A stretch of DNA of 64,000 nucleotides from the NCBI GenBank assembly GCA_963771275.1, contig CAVYSW010000009.1, forward strand, positions 64,001 to 128,000, written 5' to 3'. A program made the translations under genes and the position numbers. A model generated the notes under the pieces. That model made no database searches, was not told the DNA's origin, and saw only the letters and a program-made list of their open reading frames with translations. Position 1 is the stretch's first letter. The number at the start of each line of letters is the position of its first letter. Source of the stretch: an uncultured Gemmatimonadales bacterium (GTDB lineage: Bacteria; Gemmatimonadota; Gemmatimonadetes; Gemmatimonadales; GWC2-71-9). Shown here piece after piece: positions 10,248-19,883 of the stretch.

Positions 10248-11450
10248 CTAGGCCAGCACCTCGCGCACCTCGCCCAGCGCCCACGCGAGCGCTTCCCGCT
10301 CCACCACGAGCGGCGGGGCGAAGCGGATCACCTGATCGTGGGTCTCCTTGCAGAGGATGCCGCGCCGGGCGAGCGCCTCGCAGAACGGCCGGGCCGGGCC
10401 GCTCGACTGCTTGATCTCGACCCCGATCATCAGCCCGCGGCCGCGGACCTCCTGCACGTGCGGCGATTTGAGCTGCTGCAGCTCTCCGAGGAACCAGGCG
10501 CCCTCGCGCTGGGCGCGCTCGGGCAGCGCTTCGTCGACCAGGACCCGCAGGGCCGCGCGGCCGATGGCGGCCGCCAGCGGGTTGCCGCCGAACGTGGAGC
10601 CGTGGCTCCCCGGCTCGAACACGTCCATCAGGGGCGCGTCGGCGAGCATGGCGGAGACGGGGTAGACGCCGCCGCTCAGCGCCTTGCCGACGATCATCGC
10701 GTCGGGGCGCACCTGTTCCCAGTCGCACGCGAACAGCTTGCCCGTGCGGCCGAGCCCCGTCTGGATCTCGTCGGCCACGAATAGCACGTTGTGCTGCCGG
10801 CAGATCTCGGCGACGTCCTTGAGGTAGCCGGCGGGCGGGATCAGCACGCCGCCCTCGCACTGGATCGGCTCCACGAGGAACGCGGCGGTCTGCGGGGTGA
10901 TCGCTTCCTCGAGCGCATTGGCGTCACCGAACGGGATCACCACGAAGCCGGGCGTGAATGGCCCGAAGTCCGCGCGGTAGTGCGGATCGGACGAGGCGGA
11001 CACGATCGACACCGTCCGGCCGTGGAAGTTGTTCGCGCAGACGATGATCCGCGCCTTGTCGGCCGGGATCCGCTTGACGCGATAGCCCCAGCGCCGCACC
11101 GCCTTGAGCGCGGTTTCCACGGCCTCGGCGCCCGAGTTCATCGGCAGGGCGCGCTCGTAGCCCGACAGCTCGCACAGCTCGCGCAGGAACGGTCCCATCT
11201 GGTCGTTGTGGAATGCGCGCGAGGTGAGCGTGATCCGGTCGAGCTGGGCCTTGGCGGCCGCGATGATGTCGGGATGGCGGTGGCCCTGGTTCACCGCCGA
11301 GTAGGCGGCCAGGCAGTCGAGGTACTTCTTGCCCTCGACGTCCCACACCCACGCGCCCTCGCCCCGTTCCAGCACGATCGGCAGGGGGTGGTAGTTGTGG
11401 GCGCTGTAGCGGTCGACTTCGCTCAGGTAATCCGTGGCGGCGCTGGTCAT
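10248..11450 (-). CDS. rocD: Ornithine--oxo-acid aminotransferase
   Basis: AHNYHPLP, AYSAVNQGH, FHGRT, DEIQTGLGRTG, GKALSGG, HGSTFGGNP. Confidence 0.93.
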   Translation of the reverse strand: MTSAATDYLSEVDRYSAHNYHPLPIVLERGEGAWVWDVEGKKYLDCLAAYSAVNQGHRHPDIIAAAKAQLDRITLTSRAFHNDQMGPFLRELCELSGYERALPMNSGAEAVETALKAVRRWGYRVKRIPADKARIIVCANNFHGRTVSIVSASSDPHYRADFGPFTPGFVVIPFGDANALEEAITPQTAAFLVEPIQCEGGVLIPPAGYLKDVAEICRQHNVLFVADEIQTGLGRTGKLFACDWEQVRPDAMIVGKALSGGVYPVSAMLADAPLMDVFEPGSHGSTFGGNPLAAAIGRAALRVLVDEALPERAQREGAWFLGELQQLKSPHVQEVRGRGLMIGVEIKQSSGPARPFCEALARRGILCKETHDQVIRFAPPLVVEREALAWALGEVREVLA

Positions 11451-11484
11451 GGCCTGTATGGGAAAAGGGGTCGCAAAACTCCGA

Positions 11485-11522
11485 ATCGCATAAAAATACA
11501 TCTCACTGCATAAAATTCCAGT
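11485..11522. promoter_or_regulatory. Tandem ARG-box-like operator (ArgR/AhrC)
   Basis: atCGCATAAAAATACAtc and acTGCATAAAATTCCAgt, 2 bp apart, resembling TGAATAAAAATTCA, upstream of rocD. Confidence 0.7.
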
Positions 11523-11528
11523 GGCGCC

Positions 11529-12035
11529 TCACAGCTGCGCCAGCGCCCGCTCCACCCGCGCCTGCTCCTCGGGCGCGAGCGCGGCGGCGGTCGCGTCCGG
11601 CGGCGGCGTTCGGCGCGTCGCGCGCCGCAGCCACCACCCCACCCCCACCGCCCCGACGGCGAGCACGGCGCCCGGCACGAGCCACGCGAGCAGCCCAAAC
11701 CCGCGGGCCGGCGGCGTCGCCCGCACCTCCTCGCCGTACAGCGCCAGGAGCACCGCCCGGATCGAGTCCGCCGGCACGCCGGCCGCGATCCACGCCCGGA
11801 TCGTGTCGCGCAGCACGCCCGCCTGTGGCGAGGGGCAGTTCGCCAGCAGCAGGCCGGGGCAGAACGGGCTCATGGTCGAGTTGAACAGGCGGGACGCCGC
11901 GGTCTCGACGCCGACGGGAAACCGCGGCGCGACGGTGTCCTGCGCCGGGGCGGCGCGGGCGGCGCGCTGCGCCGGCCCCGGGGCCGCGTCCGCGCCCGCC
12001 GCCGCGCCCACGAGCAGGGCCGTCAGGACGAGCAT
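11529..12035 (-). CDS. CcmH/NrfF-like cytochrome c biogenesis protein with atypical Cys motif
   Basis: MSPFCPGLLLANCPSPQA...YGEEVRATPPARGFGLLAWLVP; start 12035 (ATG) or 12068 (GTG). Confidence 0.75.
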   Translation of the reverse strand: MLVLTALLVGAAAGADAAPGPAQRAARAAPAQDTVAPRFPVGVETAASRLFNSTMSPFCPGLLLANCPSPQAGVLRDTIRAWIAAGVPADSIRAVLLALYGEEVRATPPARGFGLLAWLVPGAVLAVGAVGVGWWLRRATRRTPPPDATAAALAPEEQARVERALAQL

Positions 12036-12069
12036 CCCCGCCCCGCCGCCGCCCGCATCGTGCGTCACG

Positions 12070-12279
12070 TCAGTCCTCGACTGTGAAGCCGATCTTCACG
12101 CCGACCTGCCAGTGCTGGATCTTGCCGTCCTCGAGATGCCCCCGGATCTCGGTCACCTGCATCCAGCGCATATTGCGGACGCTCTCCGCCGCCTTGGCGA
12201 CGGCGCGCTCGATCGCGGGCTGCAGCCCCGTGGCCGAAGAGCCGTACATCTCGATGATCTTGTAGCAGTGGTCCGACAT
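12070..12279 (-). CDS. Dodecin (flavin-binding)
   Basis: MSDHCYKIIEMYGSS...WQVGVKIGFTVED; GGGAGG RBS. Confidence 0.93.
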   Translation of the reverse strand: MSDHCYKIIEMYGSSATGLQPAIERAVAKAAESVRNMRWMQVTEIRGHLEDGKIQHWQVGVKIGFTVED

Positions 12280-12420
12280 GGCTCGCCTCCCTGTCGCGTC
12301 GCCCGCGCGGAGCCGCCTGGCCCCGTGCCGGTACGTTAGCCACCGCGCCACGCTGCGGGAAGCGGCGCGGCGGCCACGCAGTTGCCCCGCCGCATCCCGA
12401 CGCGCACAATTGACCGGTCC

Positions 12421-13443
12421 ATGGCCGTCGATCCCGCCTTCTCGGAAGTCCAGCGCCGCCTCGTGCGCTTCGTGCTCGCTTTGCTCGCCATCACGGCCGT
12501 CGGGACGCTGGGCTACGTCCTGATCGAGGGGTGGCCGCCGTTCGACGCCCTGTACATGACGGTGATCACCCTGGCGACGATCGGGTTCCAGGAGGTGCAC
12601 CCGCTGTCCACGGCGGGCCGCGCCTTCACCATGGGGCTGATCGTGGCGGGCGTGAGCGCGGTGGGCTACTTCGTCAACGCCGTGGGCCAGCTCGCGCTGA
12701 GCGGCGAGCTGGCGGCCCGGCTCCGGAGACGACGCATGCAGGAGCGACTGGAAGCGCTGAGCGGGCACTACGTGGTCTGTGGCTACGGGCGGGTCGGGCA
12801 GGAGGTGGTCGGGGACCTGCTGCGGCGGGGTCGCCGCTGCGTGGTGGTCGACAGCGCGCGCCCCGCGTCGCCGGCCGCGCCCGACGTGCCGTTCGTGGTG
12901 GGCGACGCCGCCAACGACGACGTGCTGCGCCAGGCCGGCATCGACCGGGCCCGCGGGCTGGTCGCGGTCACCGGCGACGACCCCACGAACCTGTTCGTCA
13001 CGCTGAGCGCCCACGCCTTGAACCCCAAGCTCGTGATCGTGGCGCGCGCCAACGACGACGCCACCCAGCCCAAGCTGCTGCGCGCCGGCGCCGCGCACGT
13101 GATCTCCCCCAACATCCTCAGCGGCCGCCGCATCGCCGCCCAGCTGCTCAACCCGGCCGTGGCGGACTTCCTCGACGTGGTGATGCACTCCGGGCAGCTC
13201 GAGATGTGGCTGGAGGAGTTCCAGGTGGCGCCGGGGAGTGAGCTGCACGGCCGCACGGTGGCGGCGGCCGACGTCCGGCGGCGCACGGGGGCGAACGTGC
13301 TCGCCGTGCGGCGCCACGATCAGGGGACGATCCTCACCAACCTGCCCGCCGACCTCACCTTCGCCCCCGGCGACATCCTGATCGCGCTCGGCACCGGCGA
13401 GCAACTCGCCGCGCTGGGGCGCGCGGCGGGCCTGACGAGCTGA
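12421..13443 (+). CDS. Potassium channel family protein (2TM pore + TrkA-N + TrkA-C)
   Basis: ALYMTVITLATIGF pore, VVCGYGRVG RCK motif, GDILIALG. Confidence 0.9.
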   Translation: MAVDPAFSEVQRRLVRFVLALLAITAVGTLGYVLIEGWPPFDALYMTVITLATIGFQEVHPLSTAGRAFTMGLIVAGVSAVGYFVNAVGQLALSGELAARLRRRRMQERLEALSGHYVVCGYGRVGQEVVGDLLRRGRRCVVVDSARPASPAAPDVPFVVGDAANDDVLRQAGIDRARGLVAVTGDDPTNLFVTLSAHALNPKLVIVARANDDATQPKLLRAGAAHVISPNILSGRRIAAQLLNPAVADFLDVVMHSGQLEMWLEEFQVAPGSELHGRTVAAADVRRRTGANVLAVRRHDQGTILTNLPADLTFAPGDILIALGTGEQLAALGRAAGLTS

Positions 13444-13465
13444 GCGCGGCGCCCGGCCCGCGGCG

Positions 13466-14830
13466 CTACGGCCGCGGCAGCGGCTCCGGCAGATCGGCGA
13501 TCACGTAGGCCATCACGGCCATGGCCGCGACGCACAGCCCCATCTCCCGCGGATCGAGCTTGTCCATCGTGTCGGCGTCCGTGTGGTGGTACCAGAAGTA
13601 GCGCGTGCCGTCGACGTCGAGCCCCATGCCGGGAACGCCATCCCGCATGATCGGGCCGATGTCGGAGCCGCCGCCACCGCGCGTGATCGAGTCGGCGCCG
13701 ATCCCCGCGAGCAGCGCGCCGACCTGCCGCACGATCGCGAACGCGGCGTCCGATCCGGCAAAGCCGAAGCCGCGCGGGGCGAACACGCCACCGTCCGCCT
13801 CGATCGCGAGCACGTGCGTCGCCGCCTCGGCGCGGTGCGCGTCACGGTAGGCGTCGCCGCCCCGGCCGCCGTTCTCCTCGTTGACCCAGCCGACCACCCG
13901 GATCGTGCGGCGCGGCGTGAGCCCGAGGCGCTTGAGCACGCGCAGCGCCTCCCACGCGACCACCACCCCGCCGCCGTCGTCCATCGCGCCCTGCCCCACG
14001 TCCCAGGAATCGGTATGCCCGCCCATCACGACGACCTCGTCCGGGCGCTCGCGGCCGGTGAGCTGGCCCATCACGTTGCGGGACGGCGCGTCGGGCAGCA
14101 CGTGCCCGCCGGTGCGGAGCCGCACGACGATCCGGTCACCGCGGTCCTGCATCCGGTGGAGCATCATCGCGTCCTCCACGGTAACCGCGGCGAACGGGAT
14201 GCGCGGCGCGGAGTCCGCGTACACCATCTGGCCCGTGTGCGGCGTCTGCTGTGAGTACGGCGTGACCGATCGCAGCAGGGCGGCGACCGCGCCCGCCCGC
14301 GCCGCGGCGATCGCGCCCAGGGCGCGATACCGCACCGTCTGGCCGTACGTCGTGAACGGCACGTCGAACAGCACGATCCTGCCACGCGCCTCGGCGTGGT
14401 GGGCGGCGAGGTCGTCCCAGCTGGTGACCACCAGCACCGGCGCCGTGATCCCGGCGGGCGGGGTCGCGATCGTGCCGCCGAGGCCCAGCATCGGGAGCCG
14501 CCGCGGCCGGGGCTCCAGCAGCTCGGCCGACTCGTCCCCCCGCACCCACACCGGCACCATCACGGGCTCCGCCCGCACCGAGTCGAGCCCGTCCCGCCGC
14601 ATTTCGTCCAGCATCCAGTCGAGCGCCCGCTCGAGGCTGGACGAGCCGCTCAGCCGGCTGCCGAACCGGTCCGCCAGGACGGCGAGCCGCGCGTACGCCG
14701 CGCTGTCGCTCAGCGCCGCCGCAATGATCCGATCGGCCGCGCCGCGGTAGCGTTCGGCGACGGCGTCCTGCGCCACGAGCGGCGCGGGCAGGGCGAGGGC
14801 GAGCAGCAGGATCGACGGGCGGTGCTTCAC
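13466..14830 (-). CDS. M28 peptidase, carboxypeptidase Q-like, secreted
   Basis: Signal peptide; GGHTDSWDVGQGAMDDGGG, NEENG, YHHTDADT. Confidence 0.9.
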   Translation of the reverse strand: MKHRPSILLLALALPAPLVAQDAVAERYRGAADRIIAAALSDSAAYARLAVLADRFGSRLSGSSSLERALDWMLDEMRRDGLDSVRAEPVMVPVWVRGDESAELLEPRPRRLPMLGLGGTIATPPAGITAPVLVVTSWDDLAAHHAEARGRIVLFDVPFTTYGQTVRYRALGAIAAARAGAVAALLRSVTPYSQQTPHTGQMVYADSAPRIPFAAVTVEDAMMLHRMQDRGDRIVVRLRTGGHVLPDAPSRNVMGQLTGRERPDEVVVMGGHTDSWDVGQGAMDDGGGVVVAWEALRVLKRLGLTPRRTIRVVGWVNEENGGRGGDAYRDAHRAEAATHVLAIEADGGVFAPRGFGFAGSDAAFAIVRQVGALLAGIGADSITRGGGGSDIGPIMRDGVPGMGLDVDGTRYFWYHHTDADTMDKLDPREMGLCVAAMAVMAYVIADLPEPLPRP

Positions 14831-14839
14831 GGGTCCTCC

Positions 14840-16045
14840 TCACTCATGGCGAATGGCGTCGATCGGCGCGAGGCGCGCGGCACGCCGGGCCGGGTAGATC
14901 CCGAAGATCAGGCCGATCGCGATCGCGGCGACCGCCGCCACAGCGAAGGTCGGCCACGTGAAGGCGGGTCCGATCGTCGCCGCGGTCCGCGCGCGCATCA
15001 GCGCCGTGACGCCGATCGCCGTCACGGCGCCGAGCACGGCGCCGAGGGCGGCCCCCGCGCCGGTGATCGCCACCGACTCGGCAAGCACCTGCACGAGCAC
15101 GTCGCGGCGCCGGGCCCCGGCGGCGCGCCGCACGCCGATTTCCCGGGTGCGCTCGCTCACCGACGCGAGCAGCACGTTCATGATGCCGATGCCGCCGACC
15201 ACCAGCGAGATGCCCGTGATCGCCCCCATCAGGAGCTTGAACACCAGCATGGCCTGACGCGTCTGGCCGACGCGCAGCTGGTTCGTGACGATGGCGACGC
15301 GCTCGCGCCAATCGACCCAGCGGCCGCCGAGCCAGCGCTCCACGTCCGTCACCCGCGCGGGGACGTCCTCCACCCGCTCCGCCCGAATGACCAGCGCGGC
15401 CGGCGGCGCCGGCGCGGCGACGATCGCCCGGGGAAACGCCGCCAGCGGCACGAACACGCCCGGCCGCTGCGGGCGCGCAGCCCGCCCCACGCCGACGACC
15501 GCGAACGGCGTGACGCCGAGCGGGACGGTGTCGCCCGGCCGGACGCCGAGCAGGGCGGCCACGGTGTCGGCCAGCACCGCCACCCGCGCACCGCTCCGCG
15601 CCTCGTCGTCCGAGAACGCGCGCCCCGCCAGGAGCGCGAGGCGGCTCGTGACGCCGTCGGGCAGCGTTCCCGTGACGCGCACGCCGCGGCCCGTCGTATC
15701 GCCGGGCCGGCGCGCCAGCGTCGGCGCCACGGCCAGCACGGCGACCTCCGCGCGGGCGCCGAGCGCCCGCCGCAGCAGGGCGCCGTCGCCGGCGGCGAAC
15801 CCGAGCACGTCGGTCACGGGGAGGCGCACGTCGTCCACCTCGCGCGTGGTGAGCGGCGCCACGACGATGGACTGGAGGTCCGTGGTCTGGGCGATCTGCT
15901 CCCGAGCGAACCGCTCGACCGCGTCCCCGACCGCGAGCACCGCCACCAGCGCCCCGACGCCGATCACGACGCCGAGCGTGGACAGGGCCGTCCGGAGCGG
16001 ATTGCCGCGGAGGGCCTGGAGGCCGATCAGAACGGCATGGCGCAC
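14840..16045 (-). CDS. MacB/FtsX-type ABC transporter permease
   Basis: LRTALSTLGVVIG, GGIGIMNVLLASVSERTREIG, YPARRAARLAPIDAIRHE. Confidence 0.9.
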   Translation of the reverse strand: MRHAVLIGLQALRGNPLRTALSTLGVVIGVGALVAVLAVGDAVERFAREQIAQTTDLQSIVVAPLTTREVDDVRLPVTDVLGFAAGDGALLRRALGARAEVAVLAVAPTLARRPGDTTGRGVRVTGTLPDGVTSRLALLAGRAFSDDEARSGARVAVLADTVAALLGVRPGDTVPLGVTPFAVVGVGRAARPQRPGVFVPLAAFPRAIVAAPAPPAALVIRAERVEDVPARVTDVERWLGGRWVDWRERVAIVTNQLRVGQTRQAMLVFKLLMGAITGISLVVGGIGIMNVLLASVSERTREIGVRRAAGARRRDVLVQVLAESVAITGAGAALGAVLGAVTAIGVTALMRARTAATIGPAFTWPTFAVAAVAAIAIGLIFGIYPARRAARLAPIDAIRHE

Positions 16046-16109
16046 GATCGGCGCAATCTAGTGCCGTTTCTGCCGCTCCGCGCCGCCGACGGGTAGATTC
16101 CCCGAGGCC

Positions 16110-17198
16110 ATGCTCACCCTCCTGCTGATCGTCGCGGCGGCGCTCGCCGTCTCCTTCCTCTGCTCCCTGATGGAGGCGACGATCCTCAGCGTCACGCCGT
16201 CGTACGTCGCCGCGCTCGACGCCAAGCACCGCTCGGTGGCCAAGATCCTGCGGCACCTCAAGGAGGACATCAACCGCCCGCTGGCGGCGATCCTGACGCT
16301 CAACACGATCGCGAACACGTTCGGCGCGGCCGCGGCAGGAGCCCACGTGGACCGCCTGTTCGGCAGCCACCTCGTGGCCGTGTTCTCGGCGGTGTTCACG
16401 CTCGCGATCCTGTTCCTGTCGGAGATCATCCCCAAGACGCTCGGCGCCCTGTACTGGCGGCGCACGGCCCCGGCCGTCGCGCACGCGTTGCGCGTCATCA
16501 TCCCCGTGCTGTGGCCCCTCGTCTGGATCGCCCGCCACCTCACCAAGGCGATGGCGCGGGGCAAGCGCTCGGCGGGCGAGCAGCGCGAGGAATTCCGGGC
16601 ACTCGCCGAGCTCGGCGCCCGCGAGGGCGTCTTCCGGGTGGAGGAATCGCGCGTCCTCAAGAACCTGTTCCGGCTGGGCTCGCTGCGCACCAAGCACATC
16701 ATGACGCCGCGCATCGTGGTGTTCGCCGTCCCCGAGCAGGAGACCGTGAGCGGCGTGCTGCGCGCGCACGCCGAGTTCCGGTTCTCGCGCATCCCGACCT
16801 ACGGGCAGGACCTCGACGACGTCACGGGGTACGTGCTGAAGGACGACCTGCTGCTGGCGGGCGCGCGGGACGAGCACGACCGCCGCATGGTGGAGCTCAA
16901 GCGCGAGATCCTGGTCGTCCCCGAAACCCTGCCGATCTCACAGCTGCTGGAGCGCTTTCTCGACAACCGCGAGCACATCGCGCTCGTGGTGGACGAGTAC
17001 GGCGGGACGGCCGGCGTGGTCGCGATGGAAGACGTGGTGGAGACCGTGCTGGGCCTCGAGATCGTGGACGAGGCGGACAAGCACAAGGACATGCAGGAGC
17101 TCGCCCGCGAGCAGTGGCTCAAGCGCGCCAAGCGGCTCGGCGTGGTGGGCGAGGATTTCCGCGAGCCGCAGCACGACGGGCGCCGGTCCCCTTCCTGA
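16110..17198 (+). CDS. CNNM/DUF21 + CBS domain protein (CorC/HlyC family)
   Basis: SFLCSLMEA, SEIIPKTLG, IMTPR, FSRIP, VVDEYGG. Confidence 0.92.
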   Translation: MLTLLLIVAAALAVSFLCSLMEATILSVTPSYVAALDAKHRSVAKILRHLKEDINRPLAAILTLNTIANTFGAAAAGAHVDRLFGSHLVAVFSAVFTLAILFLSEIIPKTLGALYWRRTAPAVAHALRVIIPVLWPLVWIARHLTKAMARGKRSAGEQREEFRALAELGAREGVFRVEESRVLKNLFRLGSLRTKHIMTPRIVVFAVPEQETVSGVLRAHAEFRFSRIPTYGQDLDDVTGYVLKDDLLLAGARDEHDRRMVELKREILVVPETLPISQLLERFLDNREHIALVVDEYGGTAGVVAMEDVVETVLGLEIVDEADKHKDMQELAREQWLKRAKRLGVVGEDFREPQHDGRRSPS

Positions 17199-17269
17199 CA
17201 CCCCGTTGCGGTTCGCGCCGGGACTCGCTAAGCTCCCCCCCTTCACCCCAGCCAATTCCCGGAGGCATC

Positions 17270-17905
17270 GTGCGCGTGCTCCTCGCCGTCGCGCTCGCCG
17301 TCGTGCTCGCCACGCCGGCGCCCGCGCAGCAACAACCGACCCCGCAACGCCCCGCGACCTGGAAGGTGCGGTTCGATCGACCGGGGACTCCCGACACCGC
17401 CATCAGCTACGTGACGATGCCCCCAGGATGGCACGTCACCACCGGCCAGGCCGCGATCCTGTACGACCCGGCATGGACCGCGCAGGGCAGCTTCCGCGTC
17501 GAGGCGGAGACCTACCTGTTCACCGGCGACCAGTCCGAGGGCTTCGGGATCTTCTTCGGCGGCCAGCACCTCGACGACGCGCAGCGCACGTACACCTACT
17601 TCCTGATCCGCAAGGACGGCACCTACCTGATCAAGCAGCGACAGGGGGGCGGCACCACGACGCTGGCCGGCTGGATGCCGAGTCCGGCCATCGTGAAGCA
17701 CCCGGGCGGTGACACGAACGTGAAGAACGTGCTCGCGGTCGAGGCCGGGGCGGACTCGGTCCGCTTCCTGGTGAACGGCCAGGCGCTCACCACCCTGCCG
17801 CGCGCCCAGGTGGGGAGCTGCGACGGAACGGTGGGACTGCGGGTGAACCATCATCTGAGCGTGCACGTCACGCGGCTCGACATCGCGCCCGCGCCAGCCC
17901 CGTAG
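17270..17905 (+). CDS. Secreted hypothetical protein, beta-sandwich (ConA/DUF1080-like)
   Basis: GGAGG RBS before GTG, signal peptide APAQQQ, beta-rich sequence ending GLRVNHHLSVHV. Confidence 0.7.
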   Translation: MRVLLAVALAVVLATPAPAQQQPTPQRPATWKVRFDRPGTPDTAISYVTMPPGWHVTTGQAAILYDPAWTAQGSFRVEAETYLFTGDQSEGFGIFFGGQHLDDAQRTYTYFLIRKDGTYLIKQRQGGGTTTLAGWMPSPAIVKHPGGDTNVKNVLAVEAGADSVRFLVNGQALTTLPRAQVGSCDGTVGLRVNHHLSVHVTRLDIAPAPAP

Positions 17906-17930
17906 AGCCGCCGCCTGCGGCGGTACGAGA

Positions 17931-17957
17931 CAGGCTGTCCCGATTCGGGACAGCCTG
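17931..17957. promoter_or_regulatory. Perfect 12-bp palindrome (terminator or TGT-N11-ACA regulator site)
   Basis: CAGGCTGTCCCG-ATT-CGGGACAGCCTG followed by an AT-rich tract. Confidence 0.5.
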
Positions 17958-18098
17958 GCCGCCTTGGCCTTCCGCATAAGATATTGGCAATAAACGACAT
18001 AGCGTAATTGCAACGAAGGAACGTGGCTTGCGTCACCGCAGGCGGGCATGCAGGCCTGCAGCCTGTTTCCCCTTCCCCCCAGCTTCTGGAGATCGGGT

Positions 18099-19331
18099 AT
18101 GATTTCGCCGACCCTTCGCCACCTTGCCCTGCCGGTGGGGCTGCTCGTCCTCGCCGCCTGCTCCGATTCGACCACATCAAACGGGCAGAATCCCACCACC
18201 CCCGTGTTGTCGCGTGACATCACGCTCGACCACCTCGGCCAGGCGATCGACAGCGCACCCCAGCGCGTCGAGATCAAGCTGGTGACGGGCTCGCTGGTCG
18301 CGACCCAGGTCGAGTTGAAGACCGGCGACGAGCTGATGCGCCCCGAGATGCTACGGGGTGGGGTCACGGCGGCTTCCGCGTCGGGTGACGCCGGCACGCT
18401 GACGCTCGACCTCGGCGGGCTCCAGGTGGGATTCGGCGCCGGGACGGAGCTCCGCGCCGCGGACGGAGCCATGCTGACGTCGGCCGACTTCGTGGCCCAG
18501 ATCCAGGCCGCGCTGGCCGCCGGCCAGACGCCGTTCGTGCGCGCCATGCGCCCGGCGCCGGCCCAGCCCCAGGCGCCGGACGACGCCTCGTTCACCGCAA
18601 CCGCCATCCGGCTCACCGACTGCCTCGTCGCTCCCAAGCTCGAGCTCAACGTCGACGGCGACAACTTCGCGCTCAACGATACGCCGCCGCCCAACGCCTC
18701 CTTCCACGTCCTCGGTCTGACGATCGAGGTGCGGGACAGCACCGACATCAGGGGCGATCGCGATCATCGTGAGGACTCCGACGTGCGCGGCTGGGTCGAG
18801 TCGGTGGACGTCGCGGACAGCACGGTGACGCTGACGGACGGCAGGGTGATCGTGATCCTGGCGGAAACCCGGATTGAGGGCGGCGAGGACGAGGATCACC
18901 TCGGCTCACTCGACGCCGTATCCGCGGCCCTTGCGGCCGGCGACTCGATCAAGGCGGAGGCCGAGGGCGTGGTGGACAGCACCGACGCGACGCGGTTTCT
19001 CGCGCGGGAAATCGAGTTCGAGCGGCCCGATCGCGAGCACGAGGGGGACCATCAGGGGCACGACGGTGCCGACCTGATGGAGTTCCACGGGGGTATCACC
19101 ACCGCAAGCGTCGCTGACGGCACTTTCACGATCGGCGACGGCACGCTGGTCAAGCTGACCGACGCGACGGTCATCAGCGATCACGGGGACCTGCACACGC
19201 TCCAGGCGCTCGCCGACGCGCTGGCCGCCGGCACGATGGTCCGGGCTGAAGGGTGGGCGGTGGTCGAGTCCGCCGGGCCGCCGCGCGTGCTGGTGGCGGC
19301 GAAGGTCATGTGGGAGACGGAGGGTTCCTAG
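18099..19331 (+). CDS. DUF5666-like repeat lipoprotein
   Basis: LVLAAC lipobox; repeated small beta modules (GxVxxV...V.AEG...AxxIE) with His/Asp-rich linkers. Confidence 0.7.
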   Translation: MISPTLRHLALPVGLLVLAACSDSTTSNGQNPTTPVLSRDITLDHLGQAIDSAPQRVEIKLVTGSLVATQVELKTGDELMRPEMLRGGVTAASASGDAGTLTLDLGGLQVGFGAGTELRAADGAMLTSADFVAQIQAALAAGQTPFVRAMRPAPAQPQAPDDASFTATAIRLTDCLVAPKLELNVDGDNFALNDTPPPNASFHVLGLTIEVRDSTDIRGDRDHREDSDVRGWVESVDVADSTVTLTDGRVIVILAETRIEGGEDEDHLGSLDAVSAALAAGDSIKAEAEGVVDSTDATRFLAREIEFERPDREHEGDHQGHDGADLMEFHGGITTASVADGTFTIGDGTLVKLTDATVISDHGDLHTLQALADALAAGTMVRAEGWAVVESAGPPRVLVAAKVMWETEGS

Positions 19332-19883
19332 CCGTTCCGGAAGAACGCCGTCACCCATCCGGTTGACGCGGAGGCGCTGCGGGATGTCCGGGCCAGGTCG
19401 GCGGTCGCGTCGGCCGCCTCGGGCATCCCCGGCGCGCGGTCGCACAGCAGCGCGGCGATGGCGCGCAGGTTGAGCCGGTGGCGCGGCTCACGCGCCCGAT
19501 CGAACCACACCACGGGAATCGGGCGCCGCGCGGCGATCGCGCCGGGCAGGATGCCCTCGAGCGAGAACGCGAACAGCAGGGCGGCCAGCACGGCCGGAAT
19601 GTGGCGGGGCGCGGCTGCGGCGCACAAGCCCCGCCCGCCGCGGAGACGGCGCGCAGTGGCGCGTGGGGCCTTCCCTGGGTACATTGCGCGAGCAGTTGCA
19701 CGAACCGCGAGCTGGCATCCTTTCGTAGGACGGTCCCGCTCAGGAGCGGGTCCGGCGTCAAAGACACGCCCGGTCTGGTCCCCAGGTTCCACAAGGCAAC
19801 ACCGAAGCGACGCTGCCCGCGGCCGTTTGCCGCGCTGGTGGGCGTGCGTGTCTCGACGCTATTTGCAGGAGTCACCGCAGCAC

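Noticed and set aside
18024..18062. Sigma54 -24/-12 promoter
   Set aside because: Both candidates have GG-N11-GC rather than the required N10.
19328..19792. Minus-strand ORF with a short hydrophobic stretch
   Set aside because: No convincing start, RBS or motif, and it overlaps the helicase promoter; could be a gene remnant but unsupported.
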